Positions 24,280-36,807 of a DNA stretch of 39,524 nucleotides are shown here, in pieces. This stretch comes from Piedraia hortae CBS 480.64 (taxonomy: Eukaryota). The notes under the pieces were generated by a model. That model searched no databases and was not told the origin of the DNA. It saw only the letters and a list, made by a program, of their open reading frames with translations. Position 1 is the stretch's first letter. Each line of letters begins with the position of its first letter. The translations under genes were made by a program, and so were the position numbers. Where the stretch lies: positions 251,227 to 290,750 of the forward strand of contig MU005974.1 of NCBI GenBank assembly GCA_010093745.1. The letters are read 5' to 3'.

Positions 24280-25037
24280 TGTAGCTATAAGGCTTGTTGG
24301 CATGAAGTCTCGTTGCTATCAGTGTACGATGCCACTGCGCGACACCTCTTACACCAGCAGCTGCACCCTAGGTTTTGTCCTCACAGAGGTTTCCCTCAGG
24401 GTCATGTCGCATGCGACATGGTGAATGCGCCCTGCTACTGTTATGAGGTGAGTCATGGAGTAAGACTGCATGCTGACAGTCTTACTGCATGTATGACCAC
24501 TTGCTTATGGTCATACAATTGATGACTCTTCATACGAGGCTACGCACGGGCCTTCCAGCCCAGAATATATTCTCTGATGTTCCCTCGAAGATATACTTGT
24601 ATTCACTCATAAAACACATCTCTACTTTCCATCCATCGTTCTCACTCATACATACTATCTGTCTTTGTCAAGGCTCTCCTTGGTGGGAGTGCGCAGCGTC
24701 CCGAATTAAGATAACGAAGCAATAGACGGAAATTGACAACAGGGACAGGACAGATGCAGATGGATATGATTCAATACCAGTGTCGATGTAACAGTGTAAA
24801 TGACCATCTATCTCAACAATGAGGGGACGTTCAAAATAAAAATTCTGTACCGGTGGGCCGGTGACGTCTCGTCGTACACTAGCAGGGCGCATTCGCCATG
24901 TCACATATGACATGACCCTGAGGGAAAACCTATGTGAAGTAAAAAACCTAGGGTACAGCTAGAAGTGTAGGAGGCATCGCTGATTTGCTATGCAAGTGCC
25001 CCGCATGCCCGCTAGCAGCGATGCTTGAAATCCAACA
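24280..25037 (-). mobile_element. Solo LTR, family C copy 1, split by a nested family D LTR
   Basis: TGTAGCTATAAGGCT[insert]CTCC...TCCAACA aligns to the reverse complement of 34997-35356. Perfect TSD CCTGG (24275-79 / 25038-42). Confidence 0.9.
24295..24670 (+). mobile_element. Solo LTR, family D copy 1, nested in the family C LTR
   Basis: TGTTGGCATG...TTTGTCA with a perfect TSD AGGCT (24290-94 / 24671-75). An inverted copy lies at ~36368-36743. Confidence 0.92.
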
Positions 25038-26388
25038 CCTGGAACAACGCATCATCCGAGGATGTGGGTGTAATTAAGTCTAGCCAGGACCTACATCTCT
25101 TGGGGGGCTCGAGCACGCGATAAGCAGCCACCCTAGGACGTCTGGGCAGCGATGAGTGGATGCATAGGAATGAGGGAAGAGTGTTTTCGTAATGGTGGAA
25201 TACAATGCGTGTAGAAACGTGCCTGCTAACACTGCTATCCGTATCTATAGCACTGTCTTACAAAGGCGAAGGGCGAAATTCCTTCTTTCAACTTCCACGG
25301 CGGGCTTGAGTTCAGTACATAAAAGAAACACTGGTGACTAGCTATTCATACAGATCTGTATTGCTTTGCATGCATCTCTTCTTGGGGTCACATGACGAAA
25401 AAACCTGTTTAATTTCTAGACTTGCCGGTGTTTCCATACGTATTCACAAGGTCGCGCTCATCCTCTTCGCTCTGCACGACTGTACCGCCCTATAGCGCGA
25501 GACTCGCTCCTCGATCTAGCGCATGAAGGATCGAGAGCGCTGAAACAGGCAGACATGACAACGCTGCATTCACAGGGACTCACAATCTCACTGGCTGGTT
25601 TCGAGTTGCGTAGATCTTCAAGCCTTGTTCCGCTTACCCCAGCTCTTCAGCAAAGAGCTATTAGCGAATAGGTAGCGCCAGTCTAACACAAGACTCCACT
25701 GGCTTGGCGATCTTGAACGCCAGATAAGTCCTGATGAGATCAATCTACCCTTTGGTGTCGGCCCTTGCAACTTGGAAGCAGCGCAAGCGGGACAGGGTAC
25801 TGCTTCCGCTGCCAGTGCTAGCTGTCCAGCTCTTTCAACGTATCGCGAACGGGTCAGTACTGGCGCCCTGTTGCGACCTCTTGGTATGGAGCTGCGGCAT
25901 ACGCATTAGCCATCAACGTCTCGGCCCTTAAGCACGCTACGCCTGTGCATTGTAGTGACTCGAGCGATTTGGTGACCGGTCTCAACTCTTTCGCTACCGT
26001 TCCTTTCACAAGGGTCACGATCGGACAGCTGCTGAGTCAGCTGCCTGTCTGCCCTTTGAGCGGCATCAATTTGCGATCATTCGTGTCAAGACGCTCGCTC
26101 CTGAGCCATTGCTTGCGCTTCATCTTTCACTTGTTCTTGCTTTATGGCGTGACATAGTTGCGCCTGATGATTCAGACGAGTGCGACAAGCGCAAAAGTAT
26201 TTGGTATATTCTTGCCCGCTCCCTGAAGTATCTCTGGTCATCAAGTGACGATTTTTCTCTGTTTCTCATGCCCTTTCCTCTTATCGGATCTCTTCCATCA
26301 CTCTCGGTGCATGGTCGACTGCGCAGACTCGAGCCCTAAACGCTAACTCTATTAGTACTAGCGCTGATTCCTGATACAGATATGACAG

Positions 26389-27045
26389 ATGGACAACAAT
26401 GAGAGAGCGCAGCGCCATGGATCTACGGCTCCTGAAGGTGGCCAGGAGCAGGAGCTTCTTGATCGCCACATCATGAATGAGACCCCGGGCCAAAGCAATG
26501 ACGAGCGCTCCCAGATCGACCCGCGCGCCCTCATCCTCCGTCAGACACTCAACCATGTCCAAGACCTTGGCATGCGCTCGACGCGCCATCTAGATGACAC
26601 CTACTATGCGATTCTCGAGCGCGCCTCGTCTCTTCGCGGCTCCGTCACCAAACTCCAGAGTCTATTCTCCGAGACGACCAACCTGCGCCATCGCCTGGAT
26701 GAGGACGCTACAGCTTTCGAGCGGGATGTGGACGTTCGCTACGAAAACGACACAGAGGAGTTAAAGGCTTACAAGACTACTGTGGAGGAGCTGGTGGCGC
26801 GGCTGGATCGGGCAAAAGAGAAGATCAAGCGTCTAGATGGTAGCGTTGATGCGGCGAGGAACAAGGTAGCCAAGTACGAACGGATGGAGGAGGATAAGAA
26901 GGGACGGAGGAGGTGGTGGAGACGCTGCATTGTTTGGGGCTTCGTTGCGGTTCTGGTCCTATGGATAGCTGTTTCGGCGATGTTGCAAGGGCGACGTACA
27001 AGTCAAGACGAACATGATGTGCTAAAGATGCTGGACGAATTATGA
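26389..27045 (+). CDS. Coiled-coil protein with C-terminal transmembrane anchor
   Basis: 218-aa ORF: STRHLDDTYYAILE motif, long heptad-rich region, basic patch RRRWWRR and a hydrophobic helix CIVWGFVAVLVLWIAVSAML. GC-rich coding-like codon usage. Confidence 0.8.
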   Translation: MDNNERAQRHGSTAPEGGQEQELLDRHIMNETPGQSNDERSQIDPRALILRQTLNHVQDLGMRSTRHLDDTYYAILERASSLRGSVTKLQSLFSETTNLRHRLDEDATAFERDVDVRYENDTEELKAYKTTVEELVARLDRAKEKIKRLDGSVDAARNKVAKYERMEEDKKGRRRWWRRCIVWGFVAVLVLWIAVSAMLQGRRTSQDEHDVLKMLDEL

Positions 27046-29184
27046 ATGCAGATGCCTGCTGGAAAAGTGGGCATATACATTATTGTAATGCTTAATCGGA
27101 ATTTTGCCTGTGTCTCCCTACTTCAGCTCCGCGTCCCGTTCGTCAACCGTCTTTTCGTAACCCGTGACTGATTCTTGCTTCAAGCACTTGGATCATGAGA
27201 TTGCTGCCTTGAAGCTTTGAGATCTATCGTCTCAGCTTTGTTTTCTGGGATCCGTAATGTGAGCATTCCAGATATCAGTTAAGATACTGGTCGGATCCGG
27301 AAACAATGTGGGGAGTGAAATAACGTGACTATCCTCAAGAACAAAGAATAGAAACCTTGAAATCATAGCGAAGCAAAGAAGCCTGAGCGCGAGATACTTC
27401 ATACAATACTTGGCGCTGGCATGTCTGGCATGTGTATGCCATCATTCGCTCAACCATCTTGGAAACATTCGACGCGTGCTTGGGCAATGCCCAGCTGCCA
27501 GCTTCGATGAAACCAATCCATTGCAATATGATAATCTTACCGAAGAAGCAACGTTATAATCTGCTCAGCCTCCGAACCACTAACTGCGCTGAGTGACCAC
27601 AACTGTCAAGCGAAACATGGTTACCGAGGTCAAGACCTTTCTTTGACCAAGTCTCGATCGCCAGTCATATGGACGAGTACCAGTGCCCAGAATCGAGCGA
27701 TATAGAAGAAATTGCACATGCGGCCAGCTGAGGAGTTGCTGAGGCCAGTTCGAAGTTGACAGCCAGTTAACAAGTCCAAAGGTGGTCGATTCCCAATCAG
27801 CGGCGACAGAGAAGTCTCTTTCGTCACACAGCCCCAAGTAAAGACTTCATCTCCTTGATAAGCACCCGGCCCAACATTTGACGCATTTCAACGAAACAAA
27901 ATCAACAGCCATATCGCAGTAGTAGCGAGGTAACAATTACATAAATCCCAGAACCACCTCCTCCCTCTCACTGTCCAGTAAATCCGCATCCAGCCAGCAA
28001 AGGCTATGATCGTTCGAAATCCTCATCTCCCATCTGCATATTCGCGTATTAAGCAAATCACGCGCTCCAGCGTGATCCGATATAGAGCCCAGCGCGCGAC
28101 AGCCCAGCGACATTGTAAATCCATTGGTAAATTCTTTCGAGCTCAGCACGATGCTTAGAAGATTGTGTTGTTCGCGATGGTCTGCAGCCCTATCCGAAAT
28201 TTAGGGGTGGGTTCCGGGAATACTTCGGGTGAACCTTAATGCACATGCCAAGATTCTAGTCGTTGTGCATCGCGTCGACAAAGTCGGTCACTGTGGGCTG
28301 TGAAGTCTGGGATAACGAGCTACTGTTTTGAATAATGGAATGTGCTTGCTTGATTATGATGTTTTTGAGATAGGTGATGTGGGGAGAATGTTGCAGTGCG
28401 AAAACCTTGTAGGAGTACACTCTTTCGAGAGAGGATTCGATCAATATGTTCGTTGTGTGCTAGACAAGTAGAAGCGGTGTGGGAATTGTGACTCTGGCCT
28501 TATTGGTTGTACATGGTATAAAGCGGAATAGTGGTTGTTGAAACTGTAAATTGCGGACCTGCTCTGAGATCTATGATCTGCAGAGCTTCCAATTGGGCGT
28601 TTTCACTGGCTCGGATAATACAAGCGTCCCAAAATTCTTGAACATCGTTGTCTTCTTCCAGGTTGCAGGTGCCACTCAGACACGTGTTTGGCCATTCTTG
28701 TGAGGCTGTTGGCATGTCATATCGGAGCCCAGGCCAGCTCTGTGAAGCGTACACACGTACGATGGATCCCTTCAATCCCTAGTATTTCTTCTCACGGCTT
28801 GTTACAGTCCTTTTTCGTGCAGCGATTTGTGGAGACCAAACTTGTCCTTCATTCCAAACTGATTGACGACCTATGGGGATTGTAATATGGCTTCACAAGG
28901 TGAAGAGCGCAGCGAGGAGATGACTCGAAGATCGTGGCTGGAGGTGTAGGCTGGTATTCGGAGTGGCTCTGAGGATTCAGCTTGTCGGCAGCGGCTGTTT
29001 GCGTCCATTTTCAGATGTGCAGGCCGGCAGGAGAAATCGCTTGAGAGAGGAATCTTAACAATTTCCCACATGCAACCATTTCCGAATAGAGTCTGGTAGT
29101 CGTAGTCATCAAACGATTCGCGTTTACACCCATCCTGCCGTAGTTGCACATCTCAGCGGGTGACGTAACCCATGCTTAGCCTCG

Positions 29185-29905
29185 GACTGGGCCGAGAGTG
29201 GCGTTCACCCCACAATGAAAAATTCCTCAACACCTTCACTTGGCCCACAGCATTGCCTCAGCACAATCCCTAACTGACAAGAATGTATGCTAATAGCGAA
29301 TACGGTCCTCGCAAAGGCTCAAGCCCGGAAAATCAATTTTCCCAAAGCGCTGCTACCACGACCGTTTTCTCGCGCAGCGCCTTATAACCAAGCAAGAGTC
29401 AACAGCCTGCTGCCGTGCTGCTTTGATTCTCAGCGACTGAACCGAAGCATAACGTACAAAGTAGAACCGGCCTAGGTTGGTCTTACAATGATACCCGGAG
29501 TACTGGCGCTGAAGACCTTTTTTGGCGCCACCGACACCTACCGTCGCCCGCCCAATGGCGGAGCATCATCTCCCATCCAGCTGCAACTGGTTGGGATGCA
29601 CACCCTGTCAACAGTTTCAACATCTCCATCGCTGGACGAGCTGCCTTGGAGCCTTAACCCTGCGGGGCTCTGCTTTTGGCGAGTTCTCCGCTCTTTTCGC
29701 TTGCCTCCAGGACTCAAACTTGACGAGAGGCGGACACGCCTGCCTGGGTATTTAGCAGGCGATTGACAAGATCTGTGCGGAGACTGTACTCCGGCTCACA
29801 GGGTCTGTCGCTAGTCTTCTTAGACTTTTAAACAGTGGCTCGTGGGATTGATGCTTTTGACTTGGTAAGTTTTACATTCATTTTCTTCTGAGGACTGCGG
29901 GTCGT
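29185..29905 (+). pseudogene. Repeat family E, copy 2
   Basis: Colinear with ~31300-32000 (CTGCTTTGATTCTC; CCCATCCA.CTGCA; TGCCTTGGAG; GGA.TCAAACTTGA.GAGAG; CACGCCTGCCTG; TGCTTTTGACT.GGT.AGT). Contains frameshifts and stops. Confidence 0.75.
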
Positions 29906-31299
29906 TGCAGCCTTGTCAGTGGTGTGTCTTATTACCTCCTGTTTGGGACGCTGATATCTGTGAGAGCGTGTTGGATGACAGAAAGGAGGTTTGTGGGTTA
30001 GGGAGAAAGGACAGAACCAGTGAATAAAGTAGTGGAGCAGTACTTCATAGCACAGTACAATGGCACTCTCTGCAACCATTTTAGGACTCATCTACGGTAT
30101 ACAAAGCGCTCCCAATGTGAACAAAGAGACAGTAGTACAAAATTTCCTATCATCAACTCAACACCCATGTTATACAACTCTCCAACTCTCATCATCCCTT
30201 CGACTAGTCCAAATACGTTGTGCCTCCCTACTTAGTATTCAAACCCGCGCTCAAGTGTACATACCTTTAGCCAAACCGAAGTGGTCCGATCGCCTCAACA
30301 GAAAGAAATTCGACTCGCCTCAGACGTTGACAATCTCCGACCACTTGCTGTCGGCACTATGCATCCATAGAGTTCCAGCTCGCAGTTGACGCAGTCATTG
30401 CCTGCTCTTGTCACGACATTAATCTCCATTGGTGCTGACAGGGGGCAGATATCTTGCCGGTGGCGGGAAACAAGACCGCAAAGGTCTGTCAGCACGGCAG
30501 CACGTCGAGAGGCAGTGCTGTAGGAGTTGTTGGCATGTTTGTGCACCCAATCCGCTGTGCTGGATGGGTCTGATCACTCCGTCCGATAATGAGGGCTGGT
30601 GATAGCACGCGTCGGTTGCGCCGGTTACATAGCTCATGCATTGCTCCATTTAGCGATAAAGGGCTTGGGGAGTTAAAGACGGACACTCATGGCGATAGGC
30701 TGCCTCAATTTCCCCTGGGATAGAGTGAATCTGTAAAATGATGCAGCGATCGTGACGCGGAGGGGTCTCAATAATACTGTGCGTAGCCGAAGAAAGGCAT
30801 GAAGCTGTGATGTGTTAGTGACTGCTCTCGTGGATAAGGTCACGAGATCGTGGCTGGGAGCCGAGGCTTGTTGGAATGACTTGGACATTTCAGTTTGTTG
30901 GTGGCGGTGGGTTCTCTGTATTGCCAAATGGGAGGCACGACGGGCCGGCGGGGAGAGAAGGGGTTCTCGCTGTTACGGCGAGGCTGTGTGTGTGTGCGGG
31001 ACGACCCGCGCCGCCTAAGCGCACAAGGGATTCGATACACCGACGCGCCCTGCTAGTTATTCATAGCTACGCTCGCTACCACGTATGTATGGATGGCGCT
31101 TCTGGATTAGTTTATAGTATCCTAGCTTCCTGTGACATTCGCAACCATCGCTGCTCTCATACCACGGGTGCTTCGAGAGATGCATGCAGCCATTCCGCAT
31201 GTAAGCTAAGAACTAGATTATGTAACCGAACTGCACGCGTGCACAATCATCCTGCTGTGGTTGCACAGTTCTATGTGTCCTGTGGCCCATGTGCAGCTT

Positions 31300-32000
31300 C
31301 GAGCGGGGCTTTCCCCTCATGGAATAAATATTGGAACTAAACACCTGCACATCGCACACAGCCTTGGCCCAACATAACAATTACCTCCAAACAACAGTAA
31401 TGTGCGCTAACAGTCAACATAGTTCTTGCAAAGCCTCAAGCCCCGACCCCGAATTGTGAAAGACGCTACTGCCGTGGCTGTTTTCTTGCCCTTGCCGCGG
31501 CGCTTTGGAGTCCAGCGGGATCCGATAGCTTGCCGCCGGGCTGCTTTGATTCTCGTACATGAACAATGTGTATGATGTATGACTAGTCTGAGCGGAGTTT
31601 CCAGAGGACAAGCGGAGTACTCGCGCCGGAGCTTATTTCGACGCTACAGATACCTTTCGCCGCCTGCTCCTCAGCGGAGCGACCTGTCCCATCCATCTGC
31701 AGTTGGCTGGGATGCGGTTCCCACCCCCCAACAACTTCAAGAACTCAGCCGCGTGATGAATTGCCTTGGAGTTTCTTCTGCGGAGCCCTGCCATGGGTGA
31801 GTTCTCGCTTATCTTGCCTCGCCTTTAGGATTCAAACTTGATGAGAGATGGGCCACGCCTGCCTGAGCGGTCAGCAGTCCTTCGACAAATCTGTGTGGAG
31901 TGCATATTCTGGCACACAGGCGATGAACGGTGGCTGGTCGTGCTTGTGCTTTTGACTAGGTGAGTGGCCATCTCATTTTCTTCAGAAGTTGGAAAGTCGT
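31300..32000 (+). pseudogene. Repeat family E, copy 3
   Basis: Acceptor-like GCTAAC...TAG (~31406-31422), then the frame VLAKPQAPTPNCERRYCRGCFLALAAALWSPAGSDSLPPGCFDS; later ICVECIFWH and a donor-like GTGAGT. Confidence 0.75.
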
Positions 32001-32629
32001 GGTCTGACGGGTGATGCGGATATGTATGTTGCGGGATGTTATGACATTGAGAGTCCTGGACAAGTATAATATGACTTGCGGCGCATGTCAGTAATGTAGA
32101 TAGATTCTAAGCCTCTACTTCATGAGACTGGAAGTATTAAGAAATTGTATCGCTCACTTCACTCGACATCTCATTGCTTGACTCGACGTATGTTCACTAT
32201 TCTACCTATCGTGCCTCGCAACGCGATTACCAGCTTCAACTATCTAGCTGCATTTCACATGACCAAAGGTTCATTGGATTCGAGCGACTTGTCCATCGAT
32301 TGGAGTACTTTAAAGCAATCCTACGTGGAAAATCAGAAAGGTATACTACTCAGACGCGTATCCGTTTCTCAAACCAATATCAAGGCCCATTCAAGTCCTC
32401 GTATCATGTGGTATATTTAAATGATACGAGGGTGGTACTTTTTCATTTGGGCTGTCTACAAAGGCTCGATCAATTTATTCCAAGACACTGTAGTTGAGCA
32501 GGCCAATCAATGAAGATAAAAAGCACTCTACATGTGTGCGGAACACCAATGACGTGGAAGAAATACAGACGATCCATATCAGGAAATTTGCCCGAGTGGA
32601 ATTCAACTTCAAGCTTTCGCTTTCACTTT

Positions 32630-32657
32630 CACCATCACCACCATCACCACCATCACA
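32630..32657. repeat. CAC/CAT microsatellite (CACCATCAC)n
   Basis: caccatcaccaccatcaccaccatcaca read directly from the sequence. Confidence 0.8.
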
Positions 32658-34289
32658 TTATCAGCCAACAAAATGTCAACTACGGAAGACGCTTCTACAC
32701 CCCGCTTTGCCGCGGTTCCTGGTGACATGCTGCTCATTAATAACAATGCGGGTGAGTAGAAGCAGCAGTTCGCACCTACACACTTGAATCTGACTAACTC
32801 TATAAATTAAGTCACCTACGAAGAATACCATGAAGGGAATTACGAAAAGAATCACGAAAATGATAGCAAGGAGAATAAAGAGGGTATCACCAATGAGGAT
32901 AGAGAGGCTGAGCTCGACCTTCAGATCCTGCGTGAATGTCGTGAATTTCTTTACGCCAGCGAAGGGAAGAGGACTTTCGAGGAGGTGCAAGCCTTTGTGA
33001 GAGAGAAGTGGGGGGGACGCATGTTCATGAAAAGTGGATTGAGTCGTTGAAGTGCCTTTGCGTTGCAAGATTACTATACTGGGCAGAAAGAGGCATTGCA
33101 GCATTCTCCTCCGCACATAGCTCCATGTATTCTGTGATGATCATGCAGTTCACCGAATCAGTGCCACCTCTACAGTTTCTTTGTACCTAATCTAATGCTC
33201 CATGATTCTCACCATTCAGCAGCGAGCCTGAAGGCGTGCTGAGGTTAGATTGGATCTTCACAAGCTATAATTGCTTGCGTCCGCTTCCACAGCCCAGCAT
33301 CAGCAACCCCTCCGCGGCAATAATTTGCCGCAATTCTTCCAGTGCACAATGAGACTGGGGGACAGAAGGTGGCTGCCATGAGAGCATCTGCCAGTAACTT
33401 TGAAGCACTTTTTTTACAAAGAACAGTGCTGACTTGCTCAGTAAAGCGCCAGTCTCCAGCGAGCTCTGAAGCACAGAAAAGGTTTGGCAACCTCCCGTCC
33501 CACGAGCTATCCGTCCGTATTCCCTTCAAAAAAGCGTACCCAGTGCAACGCCGCTTGCCCAGAACAGGAGGTAAATCAAGAGAAGGTTTGATCGGCCCAA
33601 GAAGCTGCACAGAAGGCCATGCTCTGCAAGTCGGAGAGCTTTCTCATTGCGCGCAGAAGGTTAGAGTCGTGGATTTGGCGCCAGGCATTGGACTGGAGTT
33701 GGAGAGGCTCTTTGAACAAGGAGGAACCTATGCTCTTCAGAGACCAAGTTTGGAAAGGCCCAAGCGCAGCAGCTGGGCTGGCCGACTCGATGAGGACAAA
33801 TAATAACACTCTCGCTGCTTCCGGCAATTTGAACTGGTCTTTGCGCTAGAATGGCTGTTAGCGGCGCTGCTGATTTACACTCACGCTTCAATCATCCATT
33901 GGCCTTCTAGAGCAACCTCAGCAATCCTTGGGCAATGGTCCCGTCTTTGTTGTGAATATGACTAGCAATATTGGCAGCGCTTGGGCGTACAGACAAGAGG
34001 TCACTGTGAAAATGATCCGGAATGTCGACGGGTTTGGGAAAAGAGATACAGCACCAAAAGGACTACGTTAGCTCACAGGAACAGCTGGAGGTTCTTTGCT
34101 TCGGCATTGGCGGCTAACACTTGCTAAGGGAAGCTATAGATCATGCACAAACTGCTTAAGCATGTATTCGATAGCACAGTGCCTTCTGGAGCTCCCTGAC
34201 AAGATTTGTATAAAGACAATCGTCTTTAGCCGGCACCTTTCTCTCATTTGCCCCATTCCCGCAAACCTCTTTACCCTTCTTTTATGATG

Positions 34290-36085
34290 TTTCCTTCAGT
34301 TAGAAGCCTTCCTCATTTGGTCACCGCTTCAGACTTGGAAAACATCACGCACAGCCATGGTACATAGCTATAGGTCGGTTTTTTCGAAAGCACATGTTCT
34401 TATGATTCGTATGGCTCAGGTTTTGTATGTTCATGTTCCCTTCCGCGATCGGTATACTGCGGTTCATATTAAATGGCACCATGGCAGGGATGACGCCAGT
34501 ACAGCAGCAGCTAACATCTTTTACATACTTTGCGCCCATGAACGTACTATTTGAGGTCTCGCATTTCTTGTGCACTTTGTCTCAGGCATGTGCGAGGTCG
34601 GGTCGCTGTGTTCTGTCCGTTCAAAGTTGGCGGGTCGAATTCGCGACGTCGTTTTCAGCTTTGAATCGACCTAACACAACGTATAATTGCCGCAAACAGC
34701 CGTGAGCAATCTCATACAATAGCTTGCATTGTATAGACTCGAATGGTATGCAATTTGCATGGTTAATATCCTGTTTTGCTTGTTATCTAGCAAGGTTTGT
34801 TTCGACCCTTAATGGCCCTAGAAACCCACAAGATTTCGAACAATAGCCCTGTGAATACTAACATGAAAAGCAGTTGAATATAGATTTAAAGGTATGGACT
34901 TTTGCCTAAATCAATCATCAAGTGTTTGAGACGTTCAGGTGTCGCGCTACATCGCTCGAAAGTCGGCGAATTTGAGAGATTTTTAGCCGACATTCATGTT
35001 GGATTCAAGCATCGCCGCTAGCGCGTATGCAGGGCACTTGCATAGCAAGTCAGCGATACCTCCTACACTACCAGCTGCACCCTAGGGTTTTGCCTCACAG
35101 AGGTTTTCCCTCAGGGTCATGTCATATGTGACATGGTGAATACGCCCCGCTAGTGTACGACGTGACGTCACCGGCCCACCGGAACAGAATTTTCATTCTG
35201 AACGTCCCCTTATTGAAAATAGTCATTCACACTACCATGCTGCAACTGGTATTTTGACTTACACACATCTACATCTTTCCTGTCCCTGTTTCCGTCTATC
35301 GCTCCGCCCTCTTCGGGTCGCTGTGCACTCTCACCCACGAGAGCTAAATACCTACATCGTTGGACGTGGGGGAGTCGCCCCGAAATCGCTCAAACTCGCT
35401 GACTTTCGAGCTATGTAGCGCGACACTCGAACGTCTCCAACACTAGCTGATTGACTTAGGCGGAAGACTACACTTTAAAGATCATACCCACCGGCTTTTT
35501 TTTTTGTAGATTTTTGTAAGCTTATGGCCCAATTTTTCGCGAGTTTCGAAGACCATTTCGCGCATGATCAAACCTCGCAAAATGGCACAACAAGAAACGG
35601 ATTCAGTCTCTGCGGTGCATATCATTGGAATCTATGCATTGCTAGCGTTCATATGTATGCACATATAATTTTTTGCGATGGTTATGCGATCTGTTGTGTC
35701 GATTCAAAGTTGTCGTGTCGATATCGTGACGACTTCATCAACTTTGAATCGATGACCCACCGCGCCCAGACGTCGCGTGCAGCTCAAACGAGGTGAACAA
35801 GAAAGCCAATATCTTCAAGGTTGTAACGGTTGGTGCCTAATACGCCTTGACCCAGAGATGGTGGCGTACGGGCGTCATGTGTGCGAGAACGCATTTTGGC
35901 TCGCAACATTTACGCTTCCGATGGAATCGCTAACCACCCAAAACGGTACCACATGAAACGTTAAAGCATGCGCTTTCGAACGACATAGTTTATAGCTATG
36001 TAGAGTGGTTGTGTGTGGTGCTATTCGCGTTTGAAGTGGTGATCAAAAGTGTGCACGCAGTAGGGAAGACTTCTAAGTGAAGGCA
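34290..36085. repeat. Long degenerate inverted repeat (arms ~34290-34995 and ~35372-36085), foldback/long-TIR-like
   Basis: Colinear reverse-complement blocks: CCTTCAGTTAGAAG / CTTCTAAGTGAAGG; TACATAGCTATA / TATAGCTATGTA; CTTTGAATCGAC / GTCGATTCAAAG; GTGTCGCGCTACATCGCTCGAAAGTC / GACTTTCGAGCTATGTAGCGCGACAC. Confidence 0.88.
34997..35356 (+). mobile_element. Solo LTR, family C copy 2, at the centre of the long inverted repeat
   Basis: TGTTGGATT...CCTACA, 360 bp, reverse-complement match to 24280-25037 minus its insert. Flanks ATTCA/TCGTT are not a TSD. Confidence 0.88.
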
Positions 36086-36367
36086 TAATATCATCACCAA
36101 GGAAAATATGATATAGTCTGACATAATCCAGGCAATGAGCTAGGCTCGTTCTCATGCATATCCGTCTGGCCACGTCATTGTAATGGAGAAGAACAGATTG
36201 CTAAGTATTGTCCGACGTAATTGCCAAGACCGCGGAAATTTTGTTCCGCGGTTCACAAACTCTGCACCACTACATTCACAACCACCATGTTCACTTACAC
36301 TACTATGCTCATTTACTTCCTGGTAAGCTCACCTATACTCACAGAATCAAATAATGATAGCTTTCTC

Positions 36368-36743
36368 TGAAGAAGTTGAAAACAGTATGTGCGAATGAGA
36401 ACGATGGACGGAGCGTGGAGATGTGCGTATCAGTGAATACAAGTGTATCTACGAGGGAACATCAGAGAATATATTCTGGGCCGGTAGGCCAGTGCGTAGC
36501 CTCGTATGAAGAGTCATCACTTTTATGCCCGTAAGCAAGTGGTTATACATACAGTAAGACCGTCAGCATGCAGTCTTACTCCATGACTCACCTCTGCCAG
36601 TAGCAGGGCGCATTCACCATGTTACATGCGACATGACCCTGAGAAAAACCTCTGTGAAGACAAAATCTAGGGTGCAGCTGCTGGTGTAAGAGGTGTCGCG
36701 TAGTGGCATCGTACACTCATAGCAACGAGACTTCATGCCAAAA
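36368..36743 (-). mobile_element. Solo LTR, family D copy 2
   Basis: Reverse complement of 24295-24670 (e.g. GAGGGAACATCAGAGAATATATTCTGGG; AGCAACGAGACTTCATGCCA). Left end uncertain by about 10 bp; no clear TSD. Confidence 0.85.
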
Positions 36744-36807
36744 AGAGTTGCACTGGCGTAGACTGCAATGGCGCCGAGTGCTACATCCAAAGGAACTCGC
36801 GCACGAG

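Noticed and set aside
25700..25900. Minus-strand PCPACAASKLQ resembling a copia pre-integrase zinc motif
   Set aside because: No HH pair, integrase core or RT motifs were recognised nearby; too short to support.
33245..33891. Cluster of 70-150-aa ORFs on both strands
   Set aside because: No recognisable family motif and no consistent gene model.
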